Numbered from the stretch's first letter, positions 34,580 to 44,494 are shown. The stretch: 64,000 bases of DNA from Candidatus Collierbacteria bacterium (GCA_016183365.1 JACPES010000003.1:345154-409153), one strand, 5' to 3'. A program made the numbers and translations. The notes: generated by a model from the sequence alone, not told the origin.

Positions 34580-36281
34580 AAAGTGGCTTCAATTTCTTCG
34601 GTGTCCGATGTGTGAAGGAAATCGGCTTTATTACAACGCGTTCGGAAGGAAGAGCGCAGAAAATGGCGTTGTTTCCTGTTTTGCCTGCGGCAACTGGTTT
34701 TTGGTTGAAGATGATATTTTAGAATTGCTTCCCGAAGTATTAAATTTTAAGAGGAAAAGAGAGTTCTTCTTTGAGCACAAGGCAAAATTTCTGCCGCTAA
34801 ATATTACTAAACCTCCGAGAAAAATTGAAAGTAATAAAGAGATAAGGTACAAAACAGAACAAGGAAAATTCTTTGACACTTTCTTCGAAAAAGAAAGAAA
34901 AAATTATCAGGAAAGTGTTTTTTGGAAAGCAGAATATTCGTTGTCGCTTATGCCGGTTCGCAAAATGATTCGAGACGGTGACATGCTTATTGATGCGGGA
35001 TGCGGAGAAGGGTACTGTAGTTTTTTATTGCATCGGAACGGTGTACAAATTATTGGGTTTGATGTTTCTCGCCACTCTATTGAACGCGCAATTGCAAAGG
35101 CAAAACATAAGGGCATCGAGCGCGAGGTATTTTTTTTCGTCGGTGACGCAGAAAATGTCCCATTGCGATCAAACCTTGCGGATCATTATATTTTATTCGC
35201 ACTGCTTCATCACCTCACGAATCCAAACTTGGCGCTTTCCCATATAAGTCGACTGCTAAAACCAAAAGGTCATTATTTTATTCATGACAACAACGACTCA
35301 AAATTCAGATTTTTATTCGACTGGCTAATGCGGCTATTCCCACTGTGGAAAGAAAAAGCGGCAAAAGAAGCAAAGTTTTCAGCGCACAGAATGCGCGATA
35401 TGCTAAGGCAATCAGGATTGAGCGGATCTGTTGGAACACAAGTTTTCCTCCCGCCACATGTTTTCAATCTATTTCAAGCGGAAATTACTATACACATACT
35501 ATCGATCACTAACAAAATAGGAAGCAAAATTCCATGGTTTAGAAATCAAGGGGGAATTGTCCTTGCTCATGGGAATTTTAAGAACCGATTGTATGATGCA
35601 GAGAAGGATACTCTAGAGAGCATGAGTCAGGCAGCTTGGTATAACCGGTGGACACTGCATAAATTCAGAAAGTTTGTAGTTGGAAATATTCTTGAAGTCG
35701 GCTGTGGAATTGGTACTTTTACAAGAGAACTTATGCAATTTGGCCCTGTGTATGCAATTGATAATAACCAGAATTGTGTAAACATCACTAAGAAGAATAT
35801 TACTGGTAGGATTAAAGTCGAACTTGGGGATATTGAAAAGGGCGGTTCATTATTTGGTGACAAGAAATTTGACACGGTTGTTTGTATTAATGTTCTAGAA
35901 CACATTCGAAATGATAATCAAGCTCTCACGAATATTTTCAGAAAACTGAAGCCAAGAGGATATTTGATCGCTCTTGTTCCGATTCACCAATTCCTTTACG
36001 GAACTATTGACGAAGCCATTGGCCATTATCGTCGATATACTGTGCCTCATTTCAGGACAATGTTGGAAAAGAATCATTTTGAAATCATCTTTTCTCGAAA
36101 GTTAAATTTTTTGGGCGCTATTGGATGGTGGGTTGCCGGCCGTCTTTTACAGAATAGCATTGTTGACAAAAAGTACCTAAGAGTTTTTGACGCCATAGCC
36201 CCTTTTGTATTATCAGTCGAAGATCTTATTGAACCACCAATTGGAACATCACTGTTGGTAGTTGCAAAGAGGAAAGATTAG
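34569..36281 (+). CDS. Trm112-like zinc-ribbon domain fused to two tandem class I SAM methyltransferase domains
   Basis: N-term LQFLRCPMCEGNRL...VSCFACGNWFLVEDDILELLPE; MTase motif I twice (LIDAGCGEGYCSF and ILEVGCGIGTFTREL). Confidence 0.6.
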   Translation: MMNKKWLQFLRCPMCEGNRLYYNAFGRKSAENGVVSCFACGNWFLVEDDILELLPEVLNFKRKREFFFEHKAKFLPLNITKPPRKIESNKEIRYKTEQGKFFDTFFEKERKNYQESVFWKAEYSLSLMPVRKMIRDGDMLIDAGCGEGYCSFLLHRNGVQIIGFDVSRHSIERAIAKAKHKGIEREVFFFVGDAENVPLRSNLADHYILFALLHHLTNPNLALSHISRLLKPKGHYFIHDNNDSKFRFLFDWLMRLFPLWKEKAAKEAKFSAHRMRDMLRQSGLSGSVGTQVFLPPHVFNLFQAEITIHILSITNKIGSKIPWFRNQGGIVLAHGNFKNRLYDAEKDTLESMSQAAWYNRWTLHKFRKFVVGNILEVGCGIGTFTRELMQFGPVYAIDNNQNCVNITKKNITGRIKVELGDIEKGGSLFGDKKFDTVVCINVLEHIRNDNQALTNIFRKLKPRGYLIALVPIHQFLYGTIDEAIGHYRRYTVPHFRTMLEKNHFEIIFSRKLNFLGAIGWWVAGRLLQNSIVDKKYLRVFDAIAPFVLSVEDLIEPPIGTSLLVVAKRKD

Positions 36282-37465
36282 CGAAACAGCAGATTTACCT
36301 GTAGGTGCATGACAATTTGATGCCCAACAGAAAGGACTATAGTTCCACCAGCGATTAGGGTCTGTATTAAATGCCTACGGCGCGGCCATAAATTCTTCAC
36401 TAAAGAAAAAACATACACCATGGCAAGAGAAAAGAAGAAAAATGGAAAATAGACATATCGTTCAGCTAATGCGCCTAGCGCACCTTCATGAGTTCTGGCT
36501 AGCGACGCAACAATATATGGAGATACAAAAAATCCACTCAACAGGATTATATTGCCTATTGCTTTCCGTCCTTTTTGTCCTTGTTTAATTACAGATAATC
36601 TTGCTATCCATAGGAAAAAAGCGATGACAACCAAAGGAACCAAGATCATAACAAAAATATTTCCCGAATTGAATCTGTCCGGGATGAAACCAGGCAGAAA
36701 GAATTTTGTGATCACGCCTTGAGTCGGTCCCACCGCGATAAAGTATGCCATGTTGAAGAGTTTATATGGAGAAATATTGACGATTTGATCACCATGCAAC
36801 GCTTCAGATGCCGCTAAGAGAGTTAAACCAGTTACAGCAACTCCCGTGAGTATCGAAAATACGGCCACCGTTCTACGCATTTGACTTTGCTTCCAAAAGA
36901 AAAAAGTCATAATGGCAAAAATAAAACCATTAAAGTTGGCAAACCCAAAAGAAGTTGCCGCGGCAATATTAGAAAGGACGAAGAACAGCAAGCGTTTTTT
37001 ATCGTATTTCGCCATCAGCTGAAACCAAAGTATGACGCTTACGAGTGAGAATGTGGTCGAAAAAACGCTTGACTGAAAGCTTGGCCAGAAGATAATCGTG
37101 AAATAGGATTTGTTAAAGCTGACTAAAACGGATCCAATAAAGGCTAACAATTGATTGCGAGTTAGGCGGGTGATGATTTTATAGACCAAGACTATATTCG
37201 TCAGGTGCAGCAGAACAGTCACACCGACGAACAGCGAAGAATTTATCCCAAATAACTGAATCTCTAGCCAATACAGAAATTGAAAGGTCGGAAAGAATTG
37301 ATATTGCAATGGGGTAAAGATGGCCTCGATGCTAAATCGATGCAATCTAACGAGAAGTTCGATATCGTCCCATAAAAAATACAGGCGATTCCACCAAGGA
37401 GTCAAATATGACAGAGCTACGAAGCCTATCCAAGCAATCATAATGAACTGATAATTTGTTTTCAT
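36278..37465 (-). CDS. Polytopic membrane protein (GT-C-like, DD motif in first loop)
   Basis: 395 aa, LWDDIELLVRL after first TM, ~11 TM helices. Confidence 0.4.
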   Translation of the reverse strand: MKTNYQFIMIAWIGFVALSYLTPWWNRLYFLWDDIELLVRLHRFSIEAIFTPLQYQFFPTFQFLYWLEIQLFGINSSLFVGVTVLLHLTNIVLVYKIITRLTRNQLLAFIGSVLVSFNKSYFTIIFWPSFQSSVFSTTFSLVSVILWFQLMAKYDKKRLLFFVLSNIAAATSFGFANFNGFIFAIMTFFFWKQSQMRRTVAVFSILTGVAVTGLTLLAASEALHGDQIVNISPYKLFNMAYFIAVGPTQGVITKFFLPGFIPDRFNSGNIFVMILVPLVVIAFFLWIARLSVIKQGQKGRKAIGNIILLSGFFVSPYIVASLARTHEGALGALAERYVYFPFFFFSLAMVYVFSLVKNLWPRRRHLIQTLIAGGTIVLSVGHQIVMHLQVNLLFR

Positions 37466-37779
37466 TTAGAATCAGAATCTTCAAGGATGTTGAATCCTGA
37501 TAAGTAGATCCTGGGCCAATCCCGGCGCATGCGTTCCAGGCCGTTTTTACGGTTGCAAATGCCGCTTGTCGGACAATAATAGCGAATATATTGGTCTAAT
37601 ACTTGGCTTGCCCATTCTTTATCCGAAATGCCCTGGGTGGAACTGACTGCTCGATGTATCATCGGGATAAGATAGAACAGAATTATCACCAGAACGATTA
37701 ATTTTAAGTCCTTCGTGTAAGTCATTGTGGTCGGCGTTGATAAACGATGTACGAAGAATTTTGGAAAACTGTCTCCCAA
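37462..37779 (-). CDS. Small hypothetical protein with one predicted TM helix
   Basis: ORF only; overlaps 3' end of upstream gene; no recognisable motif. Confidence 0.25.
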   Translation of the reverse strand: MGDSFPKFFVHRLSTPTTMTYTKDLKLIVLVIILFYLIPMIHRAVSSTQGISDKEWASQVLDQYIRYYCPTSGICNRKNGLERMRRDWPRIYLSGFNILEDSDSK

Positions 37780-39647
37780 CAGGGTTTAATAGAGGGAGAA
37801 AGATTGCGTTTAGTATAGGCACCAAGGAGGAGATAATCAAGACGGTGCGGCAATGAGCAGCCATCGGTCAGCTGCTGAGTTTGATAGCGGTTTTGGATCC
37901 GGTCAATTTCTGCGGAAGGGATGATAAAACGGCGTTCTTGGTCGCGGTGATAACGAAAGCCATAACTGTACCAAGCTAACCACTTTGGGATATTTAGGCC
38001 TGAAGAAACCACGGTTTCGGCCAACTCGTCTGCTTGAGGAAGGATAATTTGTTCCCCGGGAATACCGAAAACGGCATTTAGAATCAGAAACCTGTCTTCC
38101 AGGTTCTCGATAGTGGCAGTGGTTAGCCAGAGTCGGGGGTAGAATAGATACCTGCCTGTTTGGGCTTGAAGCCATAATGTCTCTTCCAATTCTAAAGTGC
38201 CAAAGACTGATTGGGAGGGAGTTTTTTTTATGATCCAATTTACTAAGTTTTGTTGATCAGGCTGGAGTTGGAATTTTGGACCTAGTTGGTAACTGGCTTG
38301 GTAGTGGATCCAAAACGGATGAAGGACACTAATGACTAAGGTGATCCCCAGGAAAAGAGAGCTAAAGATGACAGGTAACTTTTTAGGAATGTAAAGGAAG
38401 AAGCAGACGATTCCCAGAAATACAATAATTGAGGCAATTATCATGTTTGTTCGCCAGGGGAGCAGGATTAGCGTTAAGGCTAAGATGAGATGTCGATGGC
38501 GATAGAAACGGCCATCTTTCTGCCGATAAATCAGATCAGCCAAGGAGATGAAGAAAAGGCTACTGGCTAAGAAAGGGAAAACTCGGAGGATAAAACGGTC
38601 GTTGGCCATTGATAGTGCCGATGAAGCAATGGGCGCGAGAAAAAGAAGAAGTGAGGCCCAAAGAAGGCTGGTCAGAAATGCCGTCGAGATTGATCGTTTT
38701 CGGGGATAAAAACTAAAAAGGAGAAGGAAAATAAAATAGCGGCCAGATTGAGCTAGTTGAAACGATGGGGTGACTGTTTCGGCATACTTATTAGCTAAGT
38801 CGAGAGCGATGCCATTTTTCCAGGTGAGGTAAGTGACGACAATATACGGAGTCCAGCAAAGTACAATCGCTGGCCAGGGTTTTAATACCTGGAGTAGCAG
38901 GGGTACATTTTTTTTTATTAAGAGGAAAGCAATAAAGATACCCATGCCAGAAATAGTAGTAAGGAAAGTGACTGGGTAGGTATAGGGTAGGATGGCGCCT
39001 GAAAAGATTGACAGGACAAGGAAACGGCGGCGATTGCCTTTTAGATAAAGGGAGAAACTAACTAGAAATAAAAGCCAGATTGGGAGGGATGTTCCCGGGT
39101 GAAACTGTCTGGTTAAGACGAGAAATGATTGCCAGTTTTCGAAAAACAAGAGTTTCTCAATAATTTTTTGGGGAAAGAATAACCATTTCGTCAGGGGATC
39201 GGCAAAGAGAGTAATGCCGGCGCCGGCGAGAGAGAGAAGAAACCGGTTGGTTTCGCTGAAGAGAAGGATAAAGACGAGGAGAAAAGTGATCGGCGGGAAG
39301 ATAGCGTTGCCAAACATAAAGGCATTCTCTAAACTACCGCTTAATCGAGTAAGGCCGGCAAGCAATGATGCCGGAACAGCCTCGGAAATATAAGGTGATA
39401 ATTGTTGATATTCTTGAATGCCAAGATCGCCAAGTATTCGTCCATTAAGAATGGCTAAAGTTTTGGGAGCGTAGATGTTAGTTTGATCAACAGCTTGCAT
39501 AGTCCCGTCTGTCGCTGGCAGCAGGGGATGGTATATTTGGCCTTTTGGCAGTAATCGAGGGATTAGTAAATGAGGTAGAAAAAAGCCGAGAGAAAAAAGC
39601 CCGGCGATAGATACCAGAATTATTATTCGAAATTTAGAAAGCTCCAT
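37722..39647 (-). CDS. Large polytopic membrane protein with C-terminal soluble domain (GT-C-like; paralog of 32816..34579)
   Basis: 641 aa; paralogy as above. Confidence 0.4.
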   Translation of the reverse strand: MELSKFRIIILVSIAGLFSLGFFLPHLLIPRLLPKGQIYHPLLPATDGTMQAVDQTNIYAPKTLAILNGRILGDLGIQEYQQLSPYISEAVPASLLAGLTRLSGSLENAFMFGNAIFPPITFLLVFILLFSETNRFLLSLAGAGITLFADPLTKWLFFPQKIIEKLLFFENWQSFLVLTRQFHPGTSLPIWLLFLVSFSLYLKGNRRRFLVLSIFSGAILPYTYPVTFLTTISGMGIFIAFLLIKKNVPLLLQVLKPWPAIVLCWTPYIVVTYLTWKNGIALDLANKYAETVTPSFQLAQSGRYFIFLLLFSFYPRKRSISTAFLTSLLWASLLLFLAPIASSALSMANDRFILRVFPFLASSLFFISLADLIYRQKDGRFYRHRHLILALTLILLPWRTNMIIASIIVFLGIVCFFLYIPKKLPVIFSSLFLGITLVISVLHPFWIHYQASYQLGPKFQLQPDQQNLVNWIIKKTPSQSVFGTLELEETLWLQAQTGRYLFYPRLWLTTATIENLEDRFLILNAVFGIPGEQIILPQADELAETVVSSGLNIPKWLAWYSYGFRYHRDQERRFIIPSAEIDRIQNRYQTQQLTDGCSLPHRLDYLLLGAYTKRNLSPSIKPCWETVFQNSSYIVYQRRPQ

Positions 39648-39680
39648 TATGCTGACATTATAAGCTATGATATTAACACC

Positions 39681-41291
39681 ATGAAAAAGTCGGTGGTGTT
39701 TTTGGCAATTCTTTTGGGAGGTATTTTTTTAACGATATTGCCGCTGCGAGAACAGGCTTTTCGCGACGATTTTGCTTATGTTTGGAGTGTCAAAAATTTG
39801 ACGGAGACCGGACGGCTAAAAATATCAGAATGGAGTTCGGCAGCTGACATCACCCAAACTTATTGGGGAACAGGATGGAGCAGAGTGTTCGGTTTTTCGT
39901 TTCGGACTTTGCATGCGGCTAACTTTTTCATGTTGGCGGTGGGTATCTTAGCGTATTTCGGACTGCTGAAAGAAGTTGGTTTGACTAATCGGCGGGCAGT
40001 GATATTCGTCTTGCTTCTTTTGGCAAATCCTTGGATATTGAACTTCACAATGAGCTATATGACTGATATTCAGGCGATGAGCTGGGCAATTGTGGCGTTG
40101 CTTTTTTTCGTTCAAGGTTTTAAGAAGGCAAGCATTAAGAGCATGGTGGCTGGCGGATTTGCCGCCGGCCTGTCTTTTCTGACGCGGCAGATTGCCATTT
40201 CGATACTCATTGGTTTAATCGTCGCGCTCATAGTTAGTCACTTGAAGAAGCAGAAAAAGTTAATTTTTCCTCTAATATTTGGAGCTTCCGTGTTTGGGGG
40301 CATAGTGATTCTGTACTTGCTTTGGCTTCAGACCGGAGACCATAAAACAGTAGGCCAGTATTTTTTTGTTGACAAGATGAGTTTCGGAGGAATCTATGCA
40401 AAATTGTTTCCCGGATCACAGACGAGCATTTCCGAATCATTCCAAATTTGGCAGCTATTGTTCCATCGATTTATGTTTTACTTGAGTCAAATAATCGTGT
40501 TTACGCTTCCCGTTTGGACATTTTTCAATGTGAGAAAAGTTGATGTACTAGCCATTCTGGAAAGATGGAGGGTGACTATCGTTTCTGCCTTGATTCTCGG
40601 CGGAAGTTATGTCATCGATGTCCAGCTGAATCGTAAGGGTTATTCCGGGGGTTATCCGCTGGCGGCGTTTGAAATTGTCCCAATATGGCCATGGTTTTGG
40701 CCGCATCTCTGGAAATTTTTCCTATTTGGAGGTATCATCCTTTGGATTTTTCTGCCTGCAATTGTATCTGTTTTCAAACGAAGCATGCCAAAATTTCCGC
40801 TGGCGCTGTTCTTGGTACCAACAACACTTGCATATATCTGGTTTACGATCACGAATGTTTGGCACTGGCCGCAATTTTCCATCCAACTTTATCCATTTGT
40901 TCTTTTATTCTTTGCTTGGTGGATGAAGAATAAAATGGTCAGTTTTCGCCGATCTTTCATTATTATGACAATTCTTCTTGCTTATAGCGTCTGGTTGACT
41001 AAATTCCGATATTATGTGACAGGTGAATTGTGGGCAGCTTGCGAGCAATTAGTCCGCGAAGGATATCGTCCGTCAGAGATAGAGTGTAATGGGCAATACT
41101 CACACAAAGCCTGGCATGAATTTGAAAAAGGTATTGCGAAAAGAATAGAGCGAGCCGGAACGAAAAATTTTGCGAATGACAAAGGAGATGTTTGGTTTGA
41201 TGAAGCACAGAGACGAAAGATTAGGGTGAAAGTGACTTATAGCGATTCATTTTGGCGGAGGGTCCCCAAGATTGTGATTGAGAAGCTATGA
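39681..41291 (+). CDS. GT-C family (ArnT/PMT/GT39-like) polytopic membrane glycosyltransferase
   Basis: FRDDFAYVWSV acidic first-loop motif; ~13 TM. Confidence 0.5.
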   Translation: MKKSVVFLAILLGGIFLTILPLREQAFRDDFAYVWSVKNLTETGRLKISEWSSAADITQTYWGTGWSRVFGFSFRTLHAANFFMLAVGILAYFGLLKEVGLTNRRAVIFVLLLLANPWILNFTMSYMTDIQAMSWAIVALLFFVQGFKKASIKSMVAGGFAAGLSFLTRQIAISILIGLIVALIVSHLKKQKKLIFPLIFGASVFGGIVILYLLWLQTGDHKTVGQYFFVDKMSFGGIYAKLFPGSQTSISESFQIWQLLFHRFMFYLSQIIVFTLPVWTFFNVRKVDVLAILERWRVTIVSALILGGSYVIDVQLNRKGYSGGYPLAAFEIVPIWPWFWPHLWKFFLFGGIILWIFLPAIVSVFKRSMPKFPLALFLVPTTLAYIWFTITNVWHWPQFSIQLYPFVLLFFAWWMKNKMVSFRRSFIIMTILLAYSVWLTKFRYYVTGELWAACEQLVREGYRPSEIECNGQYSHKAWHEFEKGIAKRIERAGTKNFANDKGDVWFDEAQRRKIRVKVTYSDSFWRRVPKIVIEKL

Positions 41292-42832
41292 GATTTGACG
41301 ATATGACGAAGATCGCCATTACTTTGTTGTTACTTCTTCTTGGATGGAGTCTTTTGATCCCGATTTTTGAAGGGCCGGACGAATCCGGGCATTATTGCCA
41401 TGCCGAATACATCGCCAGAAACAGGCGGTTGCCTAATTTTAATGTCCGCGACGGATGTTTTTTGGCCTATCCTCCGGCATATTACGCATTGGTTGCGCCG
41501 ATCATTGCGTTTCGGCCGGCGGCAAAGTTTGATGATGACCAGATTCAGACGAATCCGGCATATATTTCCAATCGGAAGGGGAAGGATGTCTTTTCCAAAT
41601 ATATTCATCCGCGGCCGGAGTTGGTTTTTAAATGGAATCCTTTACTGCAAACGGCGCATCTGGTCAGATTGCTGTCGGTGGCGATGGGACTGGGAATAAT
41701 ACTTTTGACAATTAAATCGGCAAAACTATTACCTAAATTTAGTTGGCTGCCTTATGCCAGCGTTCTATTGTTTTTCAATCCGATGTTTTTGCATACGTTT
41801 TCGCTGGTAACCAACGTGACCTTGGCGTCGTTTTTGGCGGCGGTGTTTATTTATCTACACCTTAAACAAGAAAAAGATGGATTCTCAAGCAGGTTAGCCT
41901 TAGCGCAGGGCATATTTTTAGGACTAGGAGTACTCACCAAGATAAATATGCTTAGCTTGGTGTTGGGATATTTGACGGTGCTGGCAACAGCCGGATGGGA
42001 AAGATCTAAAAAAATTCGCAATTTAATATTTGCGGGAACGGGGTTTTTGTTGAGCGCGGGTTGGTATATCTGGCGGACCTTTCGATTATATGGCGAGCCA
42101 TTCGAAATAAACATCGCCTCATCATTGCGGGGAGCGTCGATGACAAGAATGCAGGATATGGGTTTAATAAATTACTGGAGCAGTTTCCCGGATACTTTGT
42201 TTCGGACTTTTTGGTCCGGGTACGGATTAAATAAAGTTTGGTTGCCGGATATAATAGTCGTCGGATTATTGATATTGACACTTTTAACGCTATTGGGATT
42301 TTTCTCTTTTTATCGGAGACTTCCGCGTTTACTGAAAGTTTCATGGTACTACGTTGTCGCGGTGTTGTTGGGTCATGCGGTTATTAACATAAAAACCGAA
42401 GCTTTCAATGCCAAAGATATTTTTACCGCCTATTTGCCCCTGACACTGATTTTAAGTTTTGGAGCAAGAAATTTCATCGCCGAGGCCAGGAAGAACGGAT
42501 TCTTAACCAGAAAAAGATTACTTATTATTTTTGGATTATCTGTAATATTCTATGCCAAGTTTGAAATTGTCCGGTTGATTAAAACAACTTTCCAATTAAC
42601 TGAATTGCTTTCTAACTCTTTTACATCAGAACAGGTGGATGCAGTATCAGTTTTATTGAGACTTCTGTTGAAAGCAATAGCGATATTGATAATTATTTTT
42701 TCACTGAAATTCATAATCAAGACAATAAATCTTAATCTAAAAACTTACAAGATCACCATCGCTTTATTGGCATTATTCAATCTTCTGATACTTTTTTATT
42801 CATCGTTCAAGCTTTACTTTGCTTTCCTTTGA
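41288..42832 (+). CDS. DUF2142-like polytopic membrane protein (putative GT-C glycosyltransferase)
   Basis: FEGPDESGHYCHAEYIA motif after first TM as recalled for DUF2142. Confidence 0.45.
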   Translation: MRFDDMTKIAITLLLLLLGWSLLIPIFEGPDESGHYCHAEYIARNRRLPNFNVRDGCFLAYPPAYYALVAPIIAFRPAAKFDDDQIQTNPAYISNRKGKDVFSKYIHPRPELVFKWNPLLQTAHLVRLLSVAMGLGIILLTIKSAKLLPKFSWLPYASVLLFFNPMFLHTFSLVTNVTLASFLAAVFIYLHLKQEKDGFSSRLALAQGIFLGLGVLTKINMLSLVLGYLTVLATAGWERSKKIRNLIFAGTGFLLSAGWYIWRTFRLYGEPFEINIASSLRGASMTRMQDMGLINYWSSFPDTLFRTFWSGYGLNKVWLPDIIVVGLLILTLLTLLGFFSFYRRLPRLLKVSWYYVVAVLLGHAVINIKTEAFNAKDIFTAYLPLTLILSFGARNFIAEARKNGFLTRKRLLIIFGLSVIFYAKFEIVRLIKTTFQLTELLSNSFTSEQVDAVSVLLRLLLKAIAILIIIFSLKFIIKTINLNLKTYKITIALLALFNLLILFYSSFKLYFAFL

Positions 42833-42883
42833 GTGATGAAACGGGAATATCAAATAAGATCTAGTGTTTAGTATAATTCAAGC

Positions 42884-44494
42884 GTGAAGGCGATATCCTA
42901 CGGACGCCAGAGTATTGACAGAAAAGACATTGAATCAATTGTCGAAGTTCTCCGCAGTGATTTTTTGACTCAAGGGCCGATGGTGGAAAAATTTGAGCAA
43001 AGCGTGGCTCGTTTTTGTGGAGCCAAATACGCGGTGGCGGTCAATTCCGGCACCGCGGCGTTGCACGCGGCTATGTTTGCTATCGGTTTGAAACCCGGGG
43101 ATGAAGTAATTACCACGCCGCTGTCGTTTGCGGCTACTGCCAATTGCATTTTATATTTTGGAGCTACTCCGGTATTAGCTGATGTAGAGTATGAAACTGG
43201 ATTGCTTGATCCGGTTGAAGTGGAAAAGAAAATTACTAAGAAAACAAAAGCGATTATTACGGTTGATTATTCCGGTCATCCTTCATATTATCAAGAGTTA
43301 AAAGCTATTGCCAAAAGACATCATCTTATATTGGTATCCGACGCCGCTCATTCATTTGGCGCGCAATATCAGGGTGAATCGATTGGCGCTCAAGCGGATA
43401 TCACCACATTTTCATTTCATCCGGTCAAGATTATCACGACGGGAGAAGGCGGGATGGTAGTCACCAACAATAGAACATTCTACGAGCGGGCATTTTTGTT
43501 TCGGACTCATGGAATTACAAAAGATCCTAACAAATTTATATTTAAAGAACATCAGCAAAAACCTTGGTACTATGAAATGCAGGAACTCGGATTTAATTAT
43601 CGGCTTACTGACTTCCAGTGCGCGCTGGGAATATCTCAACTGGCACGGGTACATAAATTTATTGACAAGAGACGTTCGATCGCGGCGTTTTATACTAAAG
43701 CTTTTAATGGTGATCGTCGATTTAAAGTTTTTAGAGAGCAGCCAGACTGTCAAAGCAGTTGGCATTTTTACCCGTTGCGGATCGTTGGTTCTAAATTGAA
43801 TAAAATAGATTTATTTCATTTCTTACGGAAAAATGGAATTTACCCCCAAGTCCATTACATTCCGATTCACCTCCAGCCGTACTACCGGAAAAGATTTGGA
43901 TATAAACATGAGAGTTTTCCCAAAGCAGAACAGTTTTATCAAGAAGAGATCAGTCTTCCCATCTTCTATGATTTAACAAAGATTCAAATGGAAAAAGTGG
44001 TTCGGACACTATCGCGATTCTTTTTAAATAAACCTTCAAAGAATGAAATTCAAGTTCGCCGTGTTCGAGCCCCAGACCGAGAGGCAATTCTTGGATTAAG
44101 AAATGACGATAGCGTCCGGGTGAATTTTCGCAATATCGAGAAGGTGAGTTTGTCGAAGCATATCAGTTGGTTCAAACAGCAAATGAGTTCTGGTGAAATG
44201 AGAAAACGTTTCTTAGTCGCGGTTGAGAGTGGTCAGGTGATCGGATACATCAGGTATGATCTTATAGTTAAAGATCAATCCTTCCATGTTTCTATCGCTG
44301 TTCAAAGGAAATATCGCCATCAAGGGGTTGGTAGCAAACTTCTCAAGGCGTCGTTACCGCTCATTGTCCGTAAAGGAAAACCAATCATCGCAGAAGTGAA
44401 AAAAAGCAACATTCCATCAGCGCAATTTTTCACCGAACACGGTTTTGTCCCATATAAACAGATAGCCGATTATCTATCATTAATTTATCAATGA
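42884..44494 (+). CDS. PseC-like (UDP-4-amino-4,6-dideoxy-hexose) aminotransferase fused to C-terminal GNAT N-acetyltransferase (PseH-like) domain
   Basis: N-term ISYGRQSIDRKDIESIVEVLRSDFLTQGPMVEKFEQSVARFCGAKYAVAVNSGTAALH (PseC-type signature); C-term ~150 aa with GNAT motif QRKYRHQGVGSKLL; GTG start. Confidence 0.65.
   Translation: MKAISYGRQSIDRKDIESIVEVLRSDFLTQGPMVEKFEQSVARFCGAKYAVAVNSGTAALHAAMFAIGLKPGDEVITTPLSFAATANCILYFGATPVLADVEYETGLLDPVEVEKKITKKTKAIITVDYSGHPSYYQELKAIAKRHHLILVSDAAHSFGAQYQGESIGAQADITTFSFHPVKIITTGEGGMVVTNNRTFYERAFLFRTHGITKDPNKFIFKEHQQKPWYYEMQELGFNYRLTDFQCALGISQLARVHKFIDKRRSIAAFYTKAFNGDRRFKVFREQPDCQSSWHFYPLRIVGSKLNKIDLFHFLRKNGIYPQVHYIPIHLQPYYRKRFGYKHESFPKAEQFYQEEISLPIFYDLTKIQMEKVVRTLSRFFLNKPSKNEIQVRRVRAPDREAILGLRNDDSVRVNFRNIEKVSLSKHISWFKQQMSSGEMRKRFLVAVESGQVIGYIRYDLIVKDQSFHVSIAVQRKYRHQGVGSKLLKASLPLIVRKGKPIIAEVKKSNIPSAQFFTEHGFVPYKQIADYLSLIYQ

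Noticed and set aside
36278-39647. Minus-strand block (three genes) considered as a possible inversion or mobile cassette
   Set aside because: The genes are the same GT-C membrane-protein classes as the rest of the island, including a paralog of a plus-strand gene. Junctions are 4-nt and 33-nt with no flanking repeats or recombinase. This is ordinary operon orientation change.
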